A stretch of 64,000 nucleotides of DNA, taken from the IMG/VR virus record IMGVR_UViG_3300045902_000324, positions 1-64,000 of that record; one strand, written 5' to 3'. The translations under genes were made by a program, and so were the position numbers. Under the pieces are notes generated by a model. The model searched no databases and was not told where the DNA came from. It worked only from the letters and a program-made list of their open reading frames with translations. The DNA is from a virus. Position 1 is the first letter of the stretch. Each line of letters opens with the position of its first letter. Shown here piece after piece: positions 27,738-37,570 of this stretch.

Positions 27738-28187
27738 ATGGCAAACATCTATTTACATGAAACGGTCAGTTGGAAGGGTGAGCGGTACGACATTGGCCCT
27801 GCTGAAGTACCTGACGAGCTGGCCCGCGCTCTGGGGGTTTTGGTAGCACCAAAGCCAGATGCCGAGGTGGAAGCCTCACCCGATGTTGACCCGCCTACGC
27901 AACCGAAGCCGAAAGAAACGCTTGCCACATCGCTGCTTGAGCCAGATCCAATTCTTACCGACGAGGTGATGATTGACGGGCAGCTCAATCTAGATGCGGC
28001 AGGGCTGACTGCCGCGCAACTGGCGAAACTGCCGTCTATCGGAACGGCTGGAGCAACAGAACTACTCTTGGCGCGTCCAGCTAACGGGTTCAACACGTTC
28101 GAGGCATTTGAAGCGATCGCCCGCCAAATCGGTTTAGGCACTCGCATCAAGTTTGACCAGATCCGTAACAAAGTCACTTTTGCCTGA
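27738..28187 (+). CDS. Helix-hairpin-helix-containing protein
   Basis: LNLDAA...QLAKLPSIGTAGA...RPANGF. Confidence 0.7.
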   Translation: MANIYLHETVSWKGERYDIGPAEVPDELARALGVLVAPKPDAEVEASPDVDPPTQPKPKETLATSLLEPDPILTDEVMIDGQLNLDAAGLTAAQLAKLPSIGTAGATELLLARPANGFNTFEAFEAIARQIGLGTRIKFDQIRNKVTFA

Positions 28188-28594
28188 TGTTCTCAAATCT
28201 GGCTGAACAAATATCGGTTGCCCTCCAACTCGCGGAAGCATCTGCGACGTGGAGGACTCATGCCGAGGTTATGCTCCGCCAGTCGGCCGCTGTGGACAAC
28301 ACATCGACTATCCAATACCGCCCGTACCTCGTTGCAGCCATGTTGCTAGAGCAGCAGCCCTCTCAACAGAAAATCTCATCTGCCGACGGCGCGGCATTCA
28401 CGAACATGGTCACGCCAATTCAATCGCTCTATCGGCTCCAGTGGCGAATCGACAGAGCGAACCCGGATTGGGTCATACCGCCTGGCTTCATCGCGCCAAC
28501 CATGCCTGTCGAGGGGTCACTTGACGACCCTGACAATGCGGGAACTATCCCGTACTTTGTCACTCAGGCGATCGCTGTAGAACGTAGAGCATGA
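28187..28594 (+). CDS. Head-tail connector (putative)
   Basis: Size and synteny only. Confidence 0.5.
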   Translation: MFSNLAEQISVALQLAEASATWRTHAEVMLRQSAAVDNTSTIQYRPYLVAAMLLEQQPSQQKISSADGAAFTNMVTPIQSLYRLQWRIDRANPDWVIPPGFIAPTMPVEGSLDDPDNAGTIPYFVTQAIAVERRA

Positions 28595-28968
28595 GCAGTC
28601 CATTCGGCATCGGGAACGCCGTACTCCGGCTAACGGCGCGGACTCAATCACCCACAGTGGTTAACCCAATCACGGGAAACCCGGCAACTGTGGACAACGT
28701 GACAGAGTATCGGGCCAAGATCACGGCATCAAGCAGCAGCAGCGTGCCGCCGCCCGGTGAAGGAATACCCAAAGAAGCGTTCCCGATTACGGGCAGGCTG
28801 ACAGAACCACTCCAGTGGAACGTTCCCGTTAATCGACTGCCTCAAGAAATTGAGGCGATCGTCGATGACATCCCTGGAAAGCTCTACCTATCTATTTCAA
28901 TGCGCTCCTACTGGGGCGTTGACGAAATAATCGGGGCGAAAATCAGCGGATATTTCTACCCGATTTAG
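28591..28968 (+). CDS. Head closure protein (putative)
   Basis: NPITGNP; synteny. Confidence 0.5.
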   Translation: MSSPFGIGNAVLRLTARTQSPTVVNPITGNPATVDNVTEYRAKITASSSSSVPPPGEGIPKEAFPITGRLTEPLQWNVPVNRLPQEIEAIVDDIPGKLYLSISMRSYWGVDEIIGAKISGYFYPI

Positions 28969-29023
28969 GGCTGGTTCCATTACGGCCCGAACTGACCCGA
29001 CTCGGTTCCACACTCTAGGTCAA

Positions 29024-29398
29024 ATGAACAAATCCCGTTTCACCGTAGACATAGACAGAAAAGCGATCGACCAGATGGTCGAGCGAAAGTTTTTGCGGGC
29101 GTGCGTCAGGCTTGGTGCCGAGTTCACTCGTCAAATATCAGAGCCGAAGTGGGACTATCCCACAGGTGAATCGCCCAGAGACATTGTGGACACCGGTCGG
29201 TTGAGAGCATCCCAGCAGGGGCGGCTCATCGGCAGACTTGAGTACGAGTTTGTCTGGCCTGTCAGGTATTCACTTTTCGTCTTGGTCGGGGGGACTATTC
29301 GCGTTCCTGGCGGCGGCGTTCGAGTCGTGCCTGGGCGTGACTGGATTTCGGCTGGACTTGAGGCGTTCGATTTCCCAGAGGCGATGAAGCGCGGCTGA
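29024..29398 (+). CDS. HK97 gp10-like neck protein
   Basis: RDIVDTGRLRAS, PGRDW. Confidence 0.75.
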   Translation: MNKSRFTVDIDRKAIDQMVERKFLRACVRLGAEFTRQISEPKWDYPTGESPRDIVDTGRLRASQQGRLIGRLEYEFVWPVRYSLFVLVGGTIRVPGGGVRVVPGRDWISAGLEAFDFPEAMKRG

Positions 29399-29399
29399 T

Positions 29400-29768
29400 A
29401 TGCTACTACCCGCAGACATCAAAGCAAAGATCATCTCATTAATTCACAGCGGCGATCGCCTCTACCTTGGCAACTACACTAAGCCCGACGGTACGACATC
29501 GCCATCTATCCACATCTCTCCGCCTGATCGTCCGCGTGAGTGGAATCCATCAGGGCTGGAGTGTATTATTCAACGGACTCCAAAAAGATCATCCTCAGTG
29601 GAGCAATGGTCGCTTTACCTGATCCAGAGAGACGGCATTGAGACGATCGACTACGCAACGAAGCGGCTTGTGGACAACCTACCAAAAGCTCAAGCGTTTC
29701 CGATCGGAGAGAGCGGTCAAATCCTGGCCCAGGTCGCAGTAACTTTCAACCAGTACGTTTCCACTTGA
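29400..29768 (+). CDS. Tail terminator (putative)
   Basis: Synteny directly before the tail tube gene. Confidence 0.5.
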   Translation: MLLPADIKAKIISLIHSGDRLYLGNYTKPDGTTSPSIHISPPDRPREWNPSGLECIIQRTPKRSSSVEQWSLYLIQRDGIETIDYATKRLVDNLPKAQAFPIGESGQILAQVAVTFNQYVST

Positions 29769-29778
29769 GGTCTAGATC

Positions 29779-30501
29779 ATGGCACTTCCTTCAGATACCG
29801 TCTTAACCAACAATACTTACTGCCGTGTTGGGGCACTGGCACCGGGGACGCGAATCCCACCCCTGATCACGCTGACCACAAGTGCGGCTGTCGTGGCGGG
29901 TGACACCAGCATTCCGATCACCGCAGCTCCCGCTCGGACGCTACAGCCGCTTATTCAAGAAGGCGACATCATTACGTTTGGCTCCGGGGGCACGGCTGTC
30001 ACTGTCACCGTCACCGCAAACGTTGCCAGTGCTGCGACCGCTATTCCTATTCAGCCATGCTCTGGTGCGATCGCCAGTGGTGTAGTGGGCACCACCTACG
30101 GACTGCTGCGAGTGTTGGGCGGTGAATCCGCCTCGTTCAGCCTATCCAACCAGAAAGTGCCCACACGCTCATTTGAGTCTGGGCGCTGGGACGACCAACG
30201 CAAAGTCTCAGTCTCAGGTTCCATCCCGTGGCAGGGGCATTACAAGCTCGGAGATCCGGCTATCAACTTGATCATCGAACCTGCGGGCTATGACGAGCGC
30301 GAGGTTTTTGTTGAGCTGACCCGTGTGGACGGCGCACGCCGATTCGGTGCGGCGACGGTGGACAACTTCAGCGAGGAAACGGCGCTAGACAACATCATCC
30401 GCCTGTCGTGGACATTTATGTTTGTGGGCACCGTCTATCGCCAAATTGTACCTAACTGGAAACCTTACACGGTGCCGGAGATTGCAACACTGATCGTGTA
30501 G
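29779..30501 (+). CDS. Major tail tube protein
   Basis: Beta-rich; GAATVDNFSEE...WTFMFVG; synteny. Confidence 0.75.
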   Translation: MALPSDTVLTNNTYCRVGALAPGTRIPPLITLTTSAAVVAGDTSIPITAAPARTLQPLIQEGDIITFGSGGTAVTVTVTANVASAATAIPIQPCSGAIASGVVGTTYGLLRVLGGESASFSLSNQKVPTRSFESGRWDDQRKVSVSGSIPWQGHYKLGDPAINLIIEPAGYDEREVFVELTRVDGARRFGAATVDNFSEETALDNIIRLSWTFMFVGTVYRQIVPNWKPYTVPEIATLIV

Positions 30502-30514
30502 GGCATAGTCCCAC

Positions 30515-30748
30515 ATGGAACGGTACTCACTTCTCAAAACTGAATCCGGCTCTGCCTATTTAATCGATGCATCGATCGAAGCCGATTCGATGTTTCCGGT
30601 GCTGCTGGCAGGGCTGGTTTTTTTCGAGCCAGGTCAGCCTGACAAGATCACCCTCTACCCCGGCGGGAACACCGTTCTGGTGCCGCAGCGCTTTCAAAAG
30701 CTTTCCACAGAAATACTTGCCCTAAATCAACAGCTAACACTCCTATGA
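30515..30748 (+). CDS. Hypothetical protein
   Basis: Class II promoter at 30501; ATGA overlap with the tail chaperone gene. Confidence 0.55.
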   Translation: MERYSLLKTESGSAYLIDASIEADSMFPVLLAGLVFFEPGQPDKITLYPGGNTVLVPQRFQKLSTEILALNQQLTLL

Positions 30749-31697
30749 CAAACCCGTTCGGCGCTCCTCAATACAAAACTGTTCGCGGGTTCCGCCTGCG
30801 AGTCTACGGCAGTACGCTTCAAGTTGAGGAGGCATTCATGGAAACAGTGCGCCTCAACCGAATCAACGCGGCGGTGCCTTACCTGAAACTCGCAGAGCGC
30901 ATCGCAAAAAAGCATGGCGTTGAAGACATCCGAGCGCTTAACGCCGTACAAAACTTTGCGAGTGGCGCAGACATTTCACTGGTAAGCGACTGCATCGATG
31001 AACTACAAAAGCTTGAGGCGGATACACCCAACTATGACAAGCTGCTGCCCGCGCTGCTGGCAACGCTAGTCATTCAAACTCGGTGCGATCGCAAGTGGTT
31101 AGGCGAGAATGCATCGCTGCTTGAAGAAGCGTTCGGAGTAATCTTAGACGACACAGGTTGGCAGGACTACCACACTGATCAGCTGCCGCTAGACGTTCGT
31201 ATCGACCTAGCAGACTTCATGACTCAGGAAATGAGCGGGCTGCGAGACGAAGACATCGAACCTGCTGAGGCAGAATCATTGGGAAAGCAATTGAACGGCT
31301 CACAGCGGCCAGCAAAGCGGCAAAAACGGACTGGAAACAAATCTACGACATTATCCAACTCGCAGGATATTCCGATACCTGCTGGCATCGAGACAACTTC
31401 GGAAATCTCCCTGTTGGCTTCATCCTCAGCACCGTAGAAGCCGCCCAAAACCATCTAAGGCTGACCTCCAACACATTGTCTTTCGCTGCCGCTCGGATTG
31501 GCGAGAGCCTATGTAAAGACGCCAAGTATACCGACTTTCTGCCATACCCAAATGTGGACAAGGCGGCCAAGGCGAGAGTCACTAAGCGAACGGCAAAAAC
31601 GTTTATCGCCCTGGCCGAAGCTGGTCAGTTACCGGGCAAAGTCATTTCTGCTTGCAGCCCATTGTTTGATGAAATCAAGGCACTGTCCAAGGACTGA
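30745..31697 (+). CDS. Tail assembly chaperone G (30745-31437) and GT fusion made by -1 frameshift
   Basis: G GGA AAG at 31281-31287 is in frame with G; the -1 frame is open to 31697. Confidence 0.85.
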
Positions 31698-31700
31698 CCC

Positions 31701-34700
31701 GTGGAGAGCATCGGAAAAGCGAGACTTGTAATCGGGGGCGATACCTCAGAGCTTGAGGCAGCACTCGAAAAAATCGAGCAGGTTGGGCGGGCACTTGGCA
31801 GACAAATTGGCGAGGAAATAGCCGCTGGGCTTTCCACAGCCAAGACGCAGGCCGGGCGGGCTGGGGCTGAGGGTGCGGCTGCGGCTGCGGCAGGAATCAA
31901 GTCGAACAGTGATCTAAAAAACGCATTCTCTGGCATGAGTCAGGGTGCGCGGGCTGCGTTTGAGGGTGTTCGCAAGGAAGCCTCGACCACAGCGGCGTCT
32001 GTGGTACGCATGTTCTCTGGATCAAACAGTGCGGCGATCGCCCTGGCAAAAAACTTAAATACGACATTCAGTGGAGCTAAAGGCTTTGCGAAAGACCTGG
32101 GGCTGAGTGCTCAAGCTGCGTCATCCGCAATAGATCGCCTAAAACAGTTGGAGGCGGTCGGCGCGACCACGGCTGACAAATATCGAGTGCTTCGGGACGA
32201 GTTCGGGCTGACTGCTATTCAAATGGGGGCAATCAGCAAGGCGTCGAAGGGCGTTGAGGCAGCTTTAGCGGCTCAAGCTAAGGCGGCGGAATCAGCGGCA
32301 GAGCGAATGGCGGCAGCGCAGGCCCAGGCAGCAGCGGCTCAAGCTACCCGGCAGCAAAACAGCAGCGGCAACGTGGTACAACTCGCCGCAAATACGGGCA
32401 CCAGCTATGGCGGCGCTCAGAAAATGGCAGCAGACTTAGGGCTGACAGCGCAGGCGGCGGCGATCGCCGTCGTTCGTATACAACAGCTTAACGCTGTGGG
32501 AGCGACCACAGAACAGCAGTTCGATGCATTGTCTGACGAGTTAGGGTTGACCCGTACGCAGTTTGATGCGTTGTCTAAGCAGGCGGACAGAACGGGCAAA
32601 ACCATAGTCCAGGCTTTTGCTGCGGCAATTAAGGGCACGGGTTCACTTAAAGACGCGCTGAAGCTATCTGTCTCATCTGCCATGTCCGGCATGAAAGGCG
32701 CACTTCAGTCTGGTATGCAGGGCATCTTTCAAGGGTTCGGGCAAAGCCTGTTTGGTACAATCTCGTCGGTCATCTTGGCTCCATTCAAGATGCTTCAGTC
32801 GGAGATCGGCAACCTCATCTCAGTTGGTTCTATGGCAGAATCCGCTGAGATTGCGTTTGCCACAATGCTCGGCAGTGCTGAGGCAGGTAAGGCGGCACTG
32901 GAAGATCTGATCGACTTCGCTGCATCCACACCGTTCGAGTTGCCCGAAGTCAGAAGTTCCGGCCAGATGCTACTGGCATTCGGCATCGAAGCCGAAAACA
33001 TGATCGAGACTCTGCGCGTTTTGGGCGACGTATCGGCAGGCGTCTCACAGCCGATGGGCGAGATTGCCGAAATCTATGGCAAGGCGAAAGTCCAGGGGCG
33101 ACTGTTTTCCGATGACATCGCGCGGCTAACGGGTCGAGGCATCCCGGTCACTGAGGAACTGGCCAAGCAGTTCGGCGTTGGTACAGATAAAGTCAAGGAG
33201 CTTGTTCAGGCTGGCAAAATCGGGTTTCCTCAGATCGAGAAAGCGTTCGCTTCGATGGCAGGAGAAAGCGGTCAGTTTAATAATCTGATGGCTAAACAAG
33301 CCCAGACGATCGGCGGCAAACTATCGAACCTGGCAGATAACTTCACGAAAATCAGAATCGAGGCATACGATGCGCTCCAACCTGCATTCACGGCGGGACT
33401 TGACTTCATTGCGGAGCTAGTCAGCAGTGTTCAGGGCGTTAACATTTTCAAGCCACTGGCGGCACAAGCTAAGAAGTTTTCAGACCTGCTTGAGAAAAAT
33501 CCGCAGTACGTCAAGGCACTATCGGCTCAGCTAAAGTCTGGGATTTCCACAGTGCTTGAAAACATTGCAAACCTGGCAGAGCAACTGCTGAATTACCTGA
33601 TCGAGAATCCAGATGCAATCTCTGACATGATCGATCGGATCGGGGAACTCGGAAAAGCGCTCGGCACTATCCTTAAGATGGCGGCAGACTTAACGATCGC
33701 GTTCGCCAACGCCGCCAACGCAGTGAGCGGAATAGGAGACAATGCAATCGCTAAGGCAGCGCTGTCCATGACAGGGGTTGGACAGGGCGCCGGGATGATA
33801 GGCGCACTGACCAGCGGATACCAGACAGTGCGGGGCTGGTTCGGGGGTAACCAACAATCTGCTGCAACACCCGTGGGAGCGATTGACCCGACTCAGACTG
33901 ACGGCAGCGACAAAGAGGGGTTGAACAAAGCTCCTGTTCAAGCCAGAGCGGGCGCAACCAAAGCGGCGGCGGCACAAGTCACCGCTGTGGACGAGGCATT
34001 GGCTGAAAAACTACGAGACATCTCCACCAACATATCTGAGTTCTACAACACGCTAAAACGTAATGCCGAAGAACTCGCGCTCACCATCAAGCAAACAGAT
34101 CTGAATAACTCACTGCTGAAAGCTAAGACAGAGCTGACCAAAGCGCTGAGTGGATTTGGGGAGTCATTCTTTGACGATTTCGTGGGTAGGCTGAGCGGGC
34201 TGATTGACAAGTTATTCGAGCCTCTTGAGAATTTTCTGACAGCGCAAGAGAAACTACTGTCTGTCAACACACAGCTCCAAGACTCGCTAAACCGTGGCGC
34301 TGGACTTGCAGCAGGACTCAATGGCGCGATGCTACCGAGCGGTGCGCCGGGTGCGCCTGGTAGCAGCGGCGGCTTTTACTCACCCCTGCAAGGGCGCTCC
34401 GTTCAAGACCTGGTGAACTACCAGGAATCCGCTGGGCAATCCTTCCGAGCAACCAGAAACCGTAGGTCTGGACGTGGACTACACAACGGGATTGACTTTG
34501 ATAGCCGAGTTGGAGGCGGACGCGGCGCACAGGTTGTGGCCATGGAGGGCGGGACTGCATCGATCCGGGCTATCGGCACCAACCAAGCTGGTGAACAGTC
34601 AATGCAGGTAAAAATCCAGTTCACCGACGAAAATGGCAGACCAATCGAGTACCAATACAACCATCTCTCTGAGGCTGCGGTTCAACAAGCTCTCGGACAG

Positions 34701-37568
34701 ACTTCAGGCACAACGCAGGTTAGAGCTGGGCAGCTTATCGGTACGGTCGGCGCGACCGACAACCTATCGTCAGGCGCACACCTCGATGTCAAAATAAAAG
34801 TCGGAGACAACTACGTAGATCCACAGCAGTACATGGCGGCCCGGTCGGGCAGCGGGGGTTACGCCGAAACAGCTGATCGCCGCAGAATCAACATTGGCGC
34901 GGCTTCCAGGGATGCTAGTCCCGCATCAGTCCCGACTGGTTCCAGTCCGGCACCCGCAGCTAGACCGACTGATACGCCTGCTCCTGCGGCATCCAGAGGT
35001 CGATATGTGCCACGAGGCGGAACGCTAAGTAGAGCGGAGCGTGTGCAGTCTGACCCGGATGGCGCTGCGGCAATAACGGCGACAGCCAACAGGCTAGGAT
35101 TACCTGTGGATCAGTTCGCGGCGTTGATGTCGTGGGAGTCAGGCGGATCATTCAACCCAAACGTGATGGGTGGCGACAACAACCAGTACCAAGGACTCAT
35201 CCAGTTCAGCAGGGACAACCAAAACACCTATGGTATCCGGCAGGGGCAAACTATTTCTGAGCAGATGCCCGCGATCGAACGCTACCTGCAAGATAGAGGG
35301 TTCCAGCCGGGACAGCACGACATCCGCCACGCATATTCGGCGGTGCTGGCTGGCAACGCAGACGAGCGGTACTGGAACAGACGAGATAGCAACGGCACGT
35401 CAGTTCGCAATGCTGCGCCAAAATTTCAGCAGGGCGATCACTACGAACGGGCGCAGCAGTTTCTACGAGATAGCGGTGTTCCAGTTGGTTCTGTGACGCA
35501 GGGCGGTGCTGCTCCAGTCATGACAGGTTCATCTGTCGATACCGGGGCCGCGCAGCTTCAGCTCAATTCTGCGATGGATCTAAGTACTCAAAACGCAGCA
35601 CAGATGGCTGGGTCAGTTCGCTCAGAACTAGAGGCACAAAACCTCCTATCTTCTGCTGAGTTCGACGCGCTCATCTCAGATCAGCAGCGGGCACTTAATC
35701 GTGGCGTGGAGTCTGCCCAAGATTCAGCCAGGGGGATTGCGCGATCGCAGGAAGATATTCGGCTTGAGCTACTAGGGAACTCTCCATACGCCGAGTACGT
35801 TCGCCAAACCACACAGCAAAACAGGGCGTTCGAGGATGCCAATCGAGACACGCTCAAAGCTGTGGAGCGTGGTGAGAACAGCATTGGAGTTCTGACTCGT
35901 TCGAGGGAAGTCTTGCAAACGCAGATTCAGCGGGCGCGAGACATGGGAGTAGACTCTGGCAGTATTGCTCGACTGGAATCACTACTGCCTAACATTGATG
36001 AGGCGATCGCCGCCACACAGACAGAGCTGGATCGGATGCGTTCACAGCTTGACGAAGCAGAAGACTTATTCAAGCAGCGCAACGAAATGTTGGAGCGCGA
36101 ATACAAAGCGGAAATGGATGCACGCCGCGCGGCCTCCCGGCAACGAACCGAAAATCTTCAACTCACAATGCGGGCGGCTGAGCTATCGGATGCTGGCAAT
36201 GATGTAGGTGCAGGATTCATCTCTCAGCAGATCAGAGAACGCGACCTGAATCAAAACTACGAAGAGTCCATGCGTCCTCTGCGCGAGGAACTGGAGGTCG
36301 TCAACGCTGAGATCGAAAAGATGCGCGAAGCTGGACTAGCTGTGGACAGCACGGCTGTGACGGTTGCCACAGAGCGGGCAGCGTACTTGGAAGAAATGCT
36401 CGACGGACTTGGCACACAGCGGTCGATCGAGATCGAGTTGAACTATCGAGAGATGGACAACAATTTCAGATCGATGCAGGAGCGTCTATCTAGCGAACGA
36501 GACGAAGCTGCTGCTAACCTGCTCGAAAGTCAGGGTGACGTATTCGGCGCTGCGTCAATCCGCGAGCGTTCCGCCACAACTGCGGAAAATCAGCGATTCT
36601 CTGAACAGATTGCTCAGATCAACTCGTTCGCTGCGTCAGGACGTTATGCGCCAGAAGACATCATGCGTATGCGGACTGAGGCAGAACAGCTTAATTCCAT
36701 CAACCTCCAATCGATTGACGGGCAGTTCAAGGATCTTGGCGAGACAATCGGGGGTATCGCTCAGGGATCGCTAAACAATTTCTTCACATCCATCCTGAAC
36801 GGCAGCAAGTCGGCGGGCGAGGCTTTCAAAGACCTCATCGGCAGTATGCTTTCCCAACTGGCCCAACTGGCAATCAACTCAGCGTTCGCAGACATTTTCG
36901 GCGGGGGGCTGGGCGGCGGCGCGGCTGGCGGTAGCAAAGGTAGCGGCATCTCTGGCATCCTTGGCGCAGTCATGGGCGGACTGGGCGGCGGTGGCGGCGG
37001 CAAAGACTTTGGCGGTACTGTCGCCAGTGTCGCGGCGGGTGGGGGCGGTGGAAAAGGCTGGGGCAGCTTGATCGGTACTGTCGCATCCGCTTTCCTTGGC
37101 GGCATGAAGGACGGCGGTTCTGTGGCAGACACCAGCAGCGCATTTTCCGAGGCACGTAAAAGCCGAGGCGCAATCGGTGACGCACTGCGGCGGGAAGGGC
37201 CGAACTCGATACTGTCAGCGCTCACCCCAGGCGAGGAAGTGCTGGACACAACAGAGGCCGGTATCTATCGACGGATGTTCCCACGGGGTATCCAAGACAC
37301 GCTGGCATCTGGTTTCAACGGTCGCGTAGCCAACTTCAAGCTTGGTGGCACGGTGGGCGGCGGTGGCAAGATGGCGTTAGCTCCATCGATCGCAGGCGGA
37401 GGCGGTGGGGTATCAATCAGCGCCCCAATCAACATGACGCTTGCAGACCGGGGTAAGGGGGACGTTGACCCGGCTGAGTTTCAGCGGGCTGTGGACGCTC
37501 GCTTCCACCAGCTTGTGCAGCAAGAGTCTCGCCCAAATGGTTCACTCAATAAACTAGGACGCCGTTAA
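31701..37568 (+). CDS. Tape measure protein with M23-like peptidase and lysozyme-like domains
   Basis: 1955 aa, Ala-rich; TMLGSAE...FAASTPFEL; HNGID...YNHL...AHLD; LMSWESGGSFNP...GLIQF. Confidence 0.92.
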   Translation: MESIGKARLVIGGDTSELEAALEKIEQVGRALGRQIGEEIAAGLSTAKTQAGRAGAEGAAAAAAGIKSNSDLKNAFSGMSQGARAAFEGVRKEASTTAASVVRMFSGSNSAAIALAKNLNTTFSGAKGFAKDLGLSAQAASSAIDRLKQLEAVGATTADKYRVLRDEFGLTAIQMGAISKASKGVEAALAAQAKAAESAAERMAAAQAQAAAAQATRQQNSSGNVVQLAANTGTSYGGAQKMAADLGLTAQAAAIAVVRIQQLNAVGATTEQQFDALSDELGLTRTQFDALSKQADRTGKTIVQAFAAAIKGTGSLKDALKLSVSSAMSGMKGALQSGMQGIFQGFGQSLFGTISSVILAPFKMLQSEIGNLISVGSMAESAEIAFATMLGSAEAGKAALEDLIDFAASTPFELPEVRSSGQMLLAFGIEAENMIETLRVLGDVSAGVSQPMGEIAEIYGKAKVQGRLFSDDIARLTGRGIPVTEELAKQFGVGTDKVKELVQAGKIGFPQIEKAFASMAGESGQFNNLMAKQAQTIGGKLSNLADNFTKIRIEAYDALQPAFTAGLDFIAELVSSVQGVNIFKPLAAQAKKFSDLLEKNPQYVKALSAQLKSGISTVLENIANLAEQLLNYLIENPDAISDMIDRIGELGKALGTILKMAADLTIAFANAANAVSGIGDNAIAKAALSMTGVGQGAGMIGALTSGYQTVRGWFGGNQQSAATPVGAIDPTQTDGSDKEGLNKAPVQARAGATKAAAAQVTAVDEALAEKLRDISTNISEFYNTLKRNAEELALTIKQTDLNNSLLKAKTELTKALSGFGESFFDDFVGRLSGLIDKLFEPLENFLTAQEKLLSVNTQLQDSLNRGAGLAAGLNGAMLPSGAPGAPGSSGGFYSPLQGRSVQDLVNYQESAGQSFRATRNRRSGRGLHNGIDFDSRVGGGRGAQVVAMEGGTASIRAIGTNQAGEQSMQVKIQFTDENGRPIEYQYNHLSEAAVQQALGQTSGTTQVRAGQLIGTVGATDNLSSGAHLDVKIKVGDNYVDPQQYMAARSGSGGYAETADRRRINIGAASRDASPASVPTGSSPAPAARPTDTPAPAASRGRYVPRGGTLSRAERVQSDPDGAAAITATANRLGLPVDQFAALMSWESGGSFNPNVMGGDNNQYQGLIQFSRDNQNTYGIRQGQTISEQMPAIERYLQDRGFQPGQHDIRHAYSAVLAGNADERYWNRRDSNGTSVRNAAPKFQQGDHYERAQQFLRDSGVPVGSVTQGGAAPVMTGSSVDTGAAQLQLNSAMDLSTQNAAQMAGSVRSELEAQNLLSSAEFDALISDQQRALNRGVESAQDSARGIARSQEDIRLELLGNSPYAEYVRQTTQQNRAFEDANRDTLKAVERGENSIGVLTRSREVLQTQIQRARDMGVDSGSIARLESLLPNIDEAIAATQTELDRMRSQLDEAEDLFKQRNEMLEREYKAEMDARRAASRQRTENLQLTMRAAELSDAGNDVGAGFISQQIRERDLNQNYEESMRPLREELEVVNAEIEKMREAGLAVDSTAVTVATERAAYLEEMLDGLGTQRSIEIELNYREMDNNFRSMQERLSSERDEAAANLLESQGDVFGAASIRERSATTAENQRFSEQIAQINSFAASGRYAPEDIMRMRTEAEQLNSINLQSIDGQFKDLGETIGGIAQGSLNNFFTSILNGSKSAGEAFKDLIGSMLSQLAQLAINSAFADIFGGGLGGGAAGGSKGSGISGILGAVMGGLGGGGGGKDFGGTVASVAAGGGGGKGWGSLIGTVASAFLGGMKDGGSVADTSSAFSEARKSRGAIGDALRREGPNSILSALTPGEEVLDTTEAGIYRRMFPRGIQDTLASGFNGRVANFKLGGTVGGGGKMALAPSIAGGGGGVSISAPINMTLADRGKGDVDPAEFQRAVDARFHQLVQQESRPNGSLNKLGRR

Positions 37569-37570
37569 AA

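Noticed and set aside
31625-37249. Many antisense and alternate-frame ORFs within the tape measure gene and other long genes
   Set aside because: Shadow ORFs of GC-rich coding sequence with no RBS or motifs
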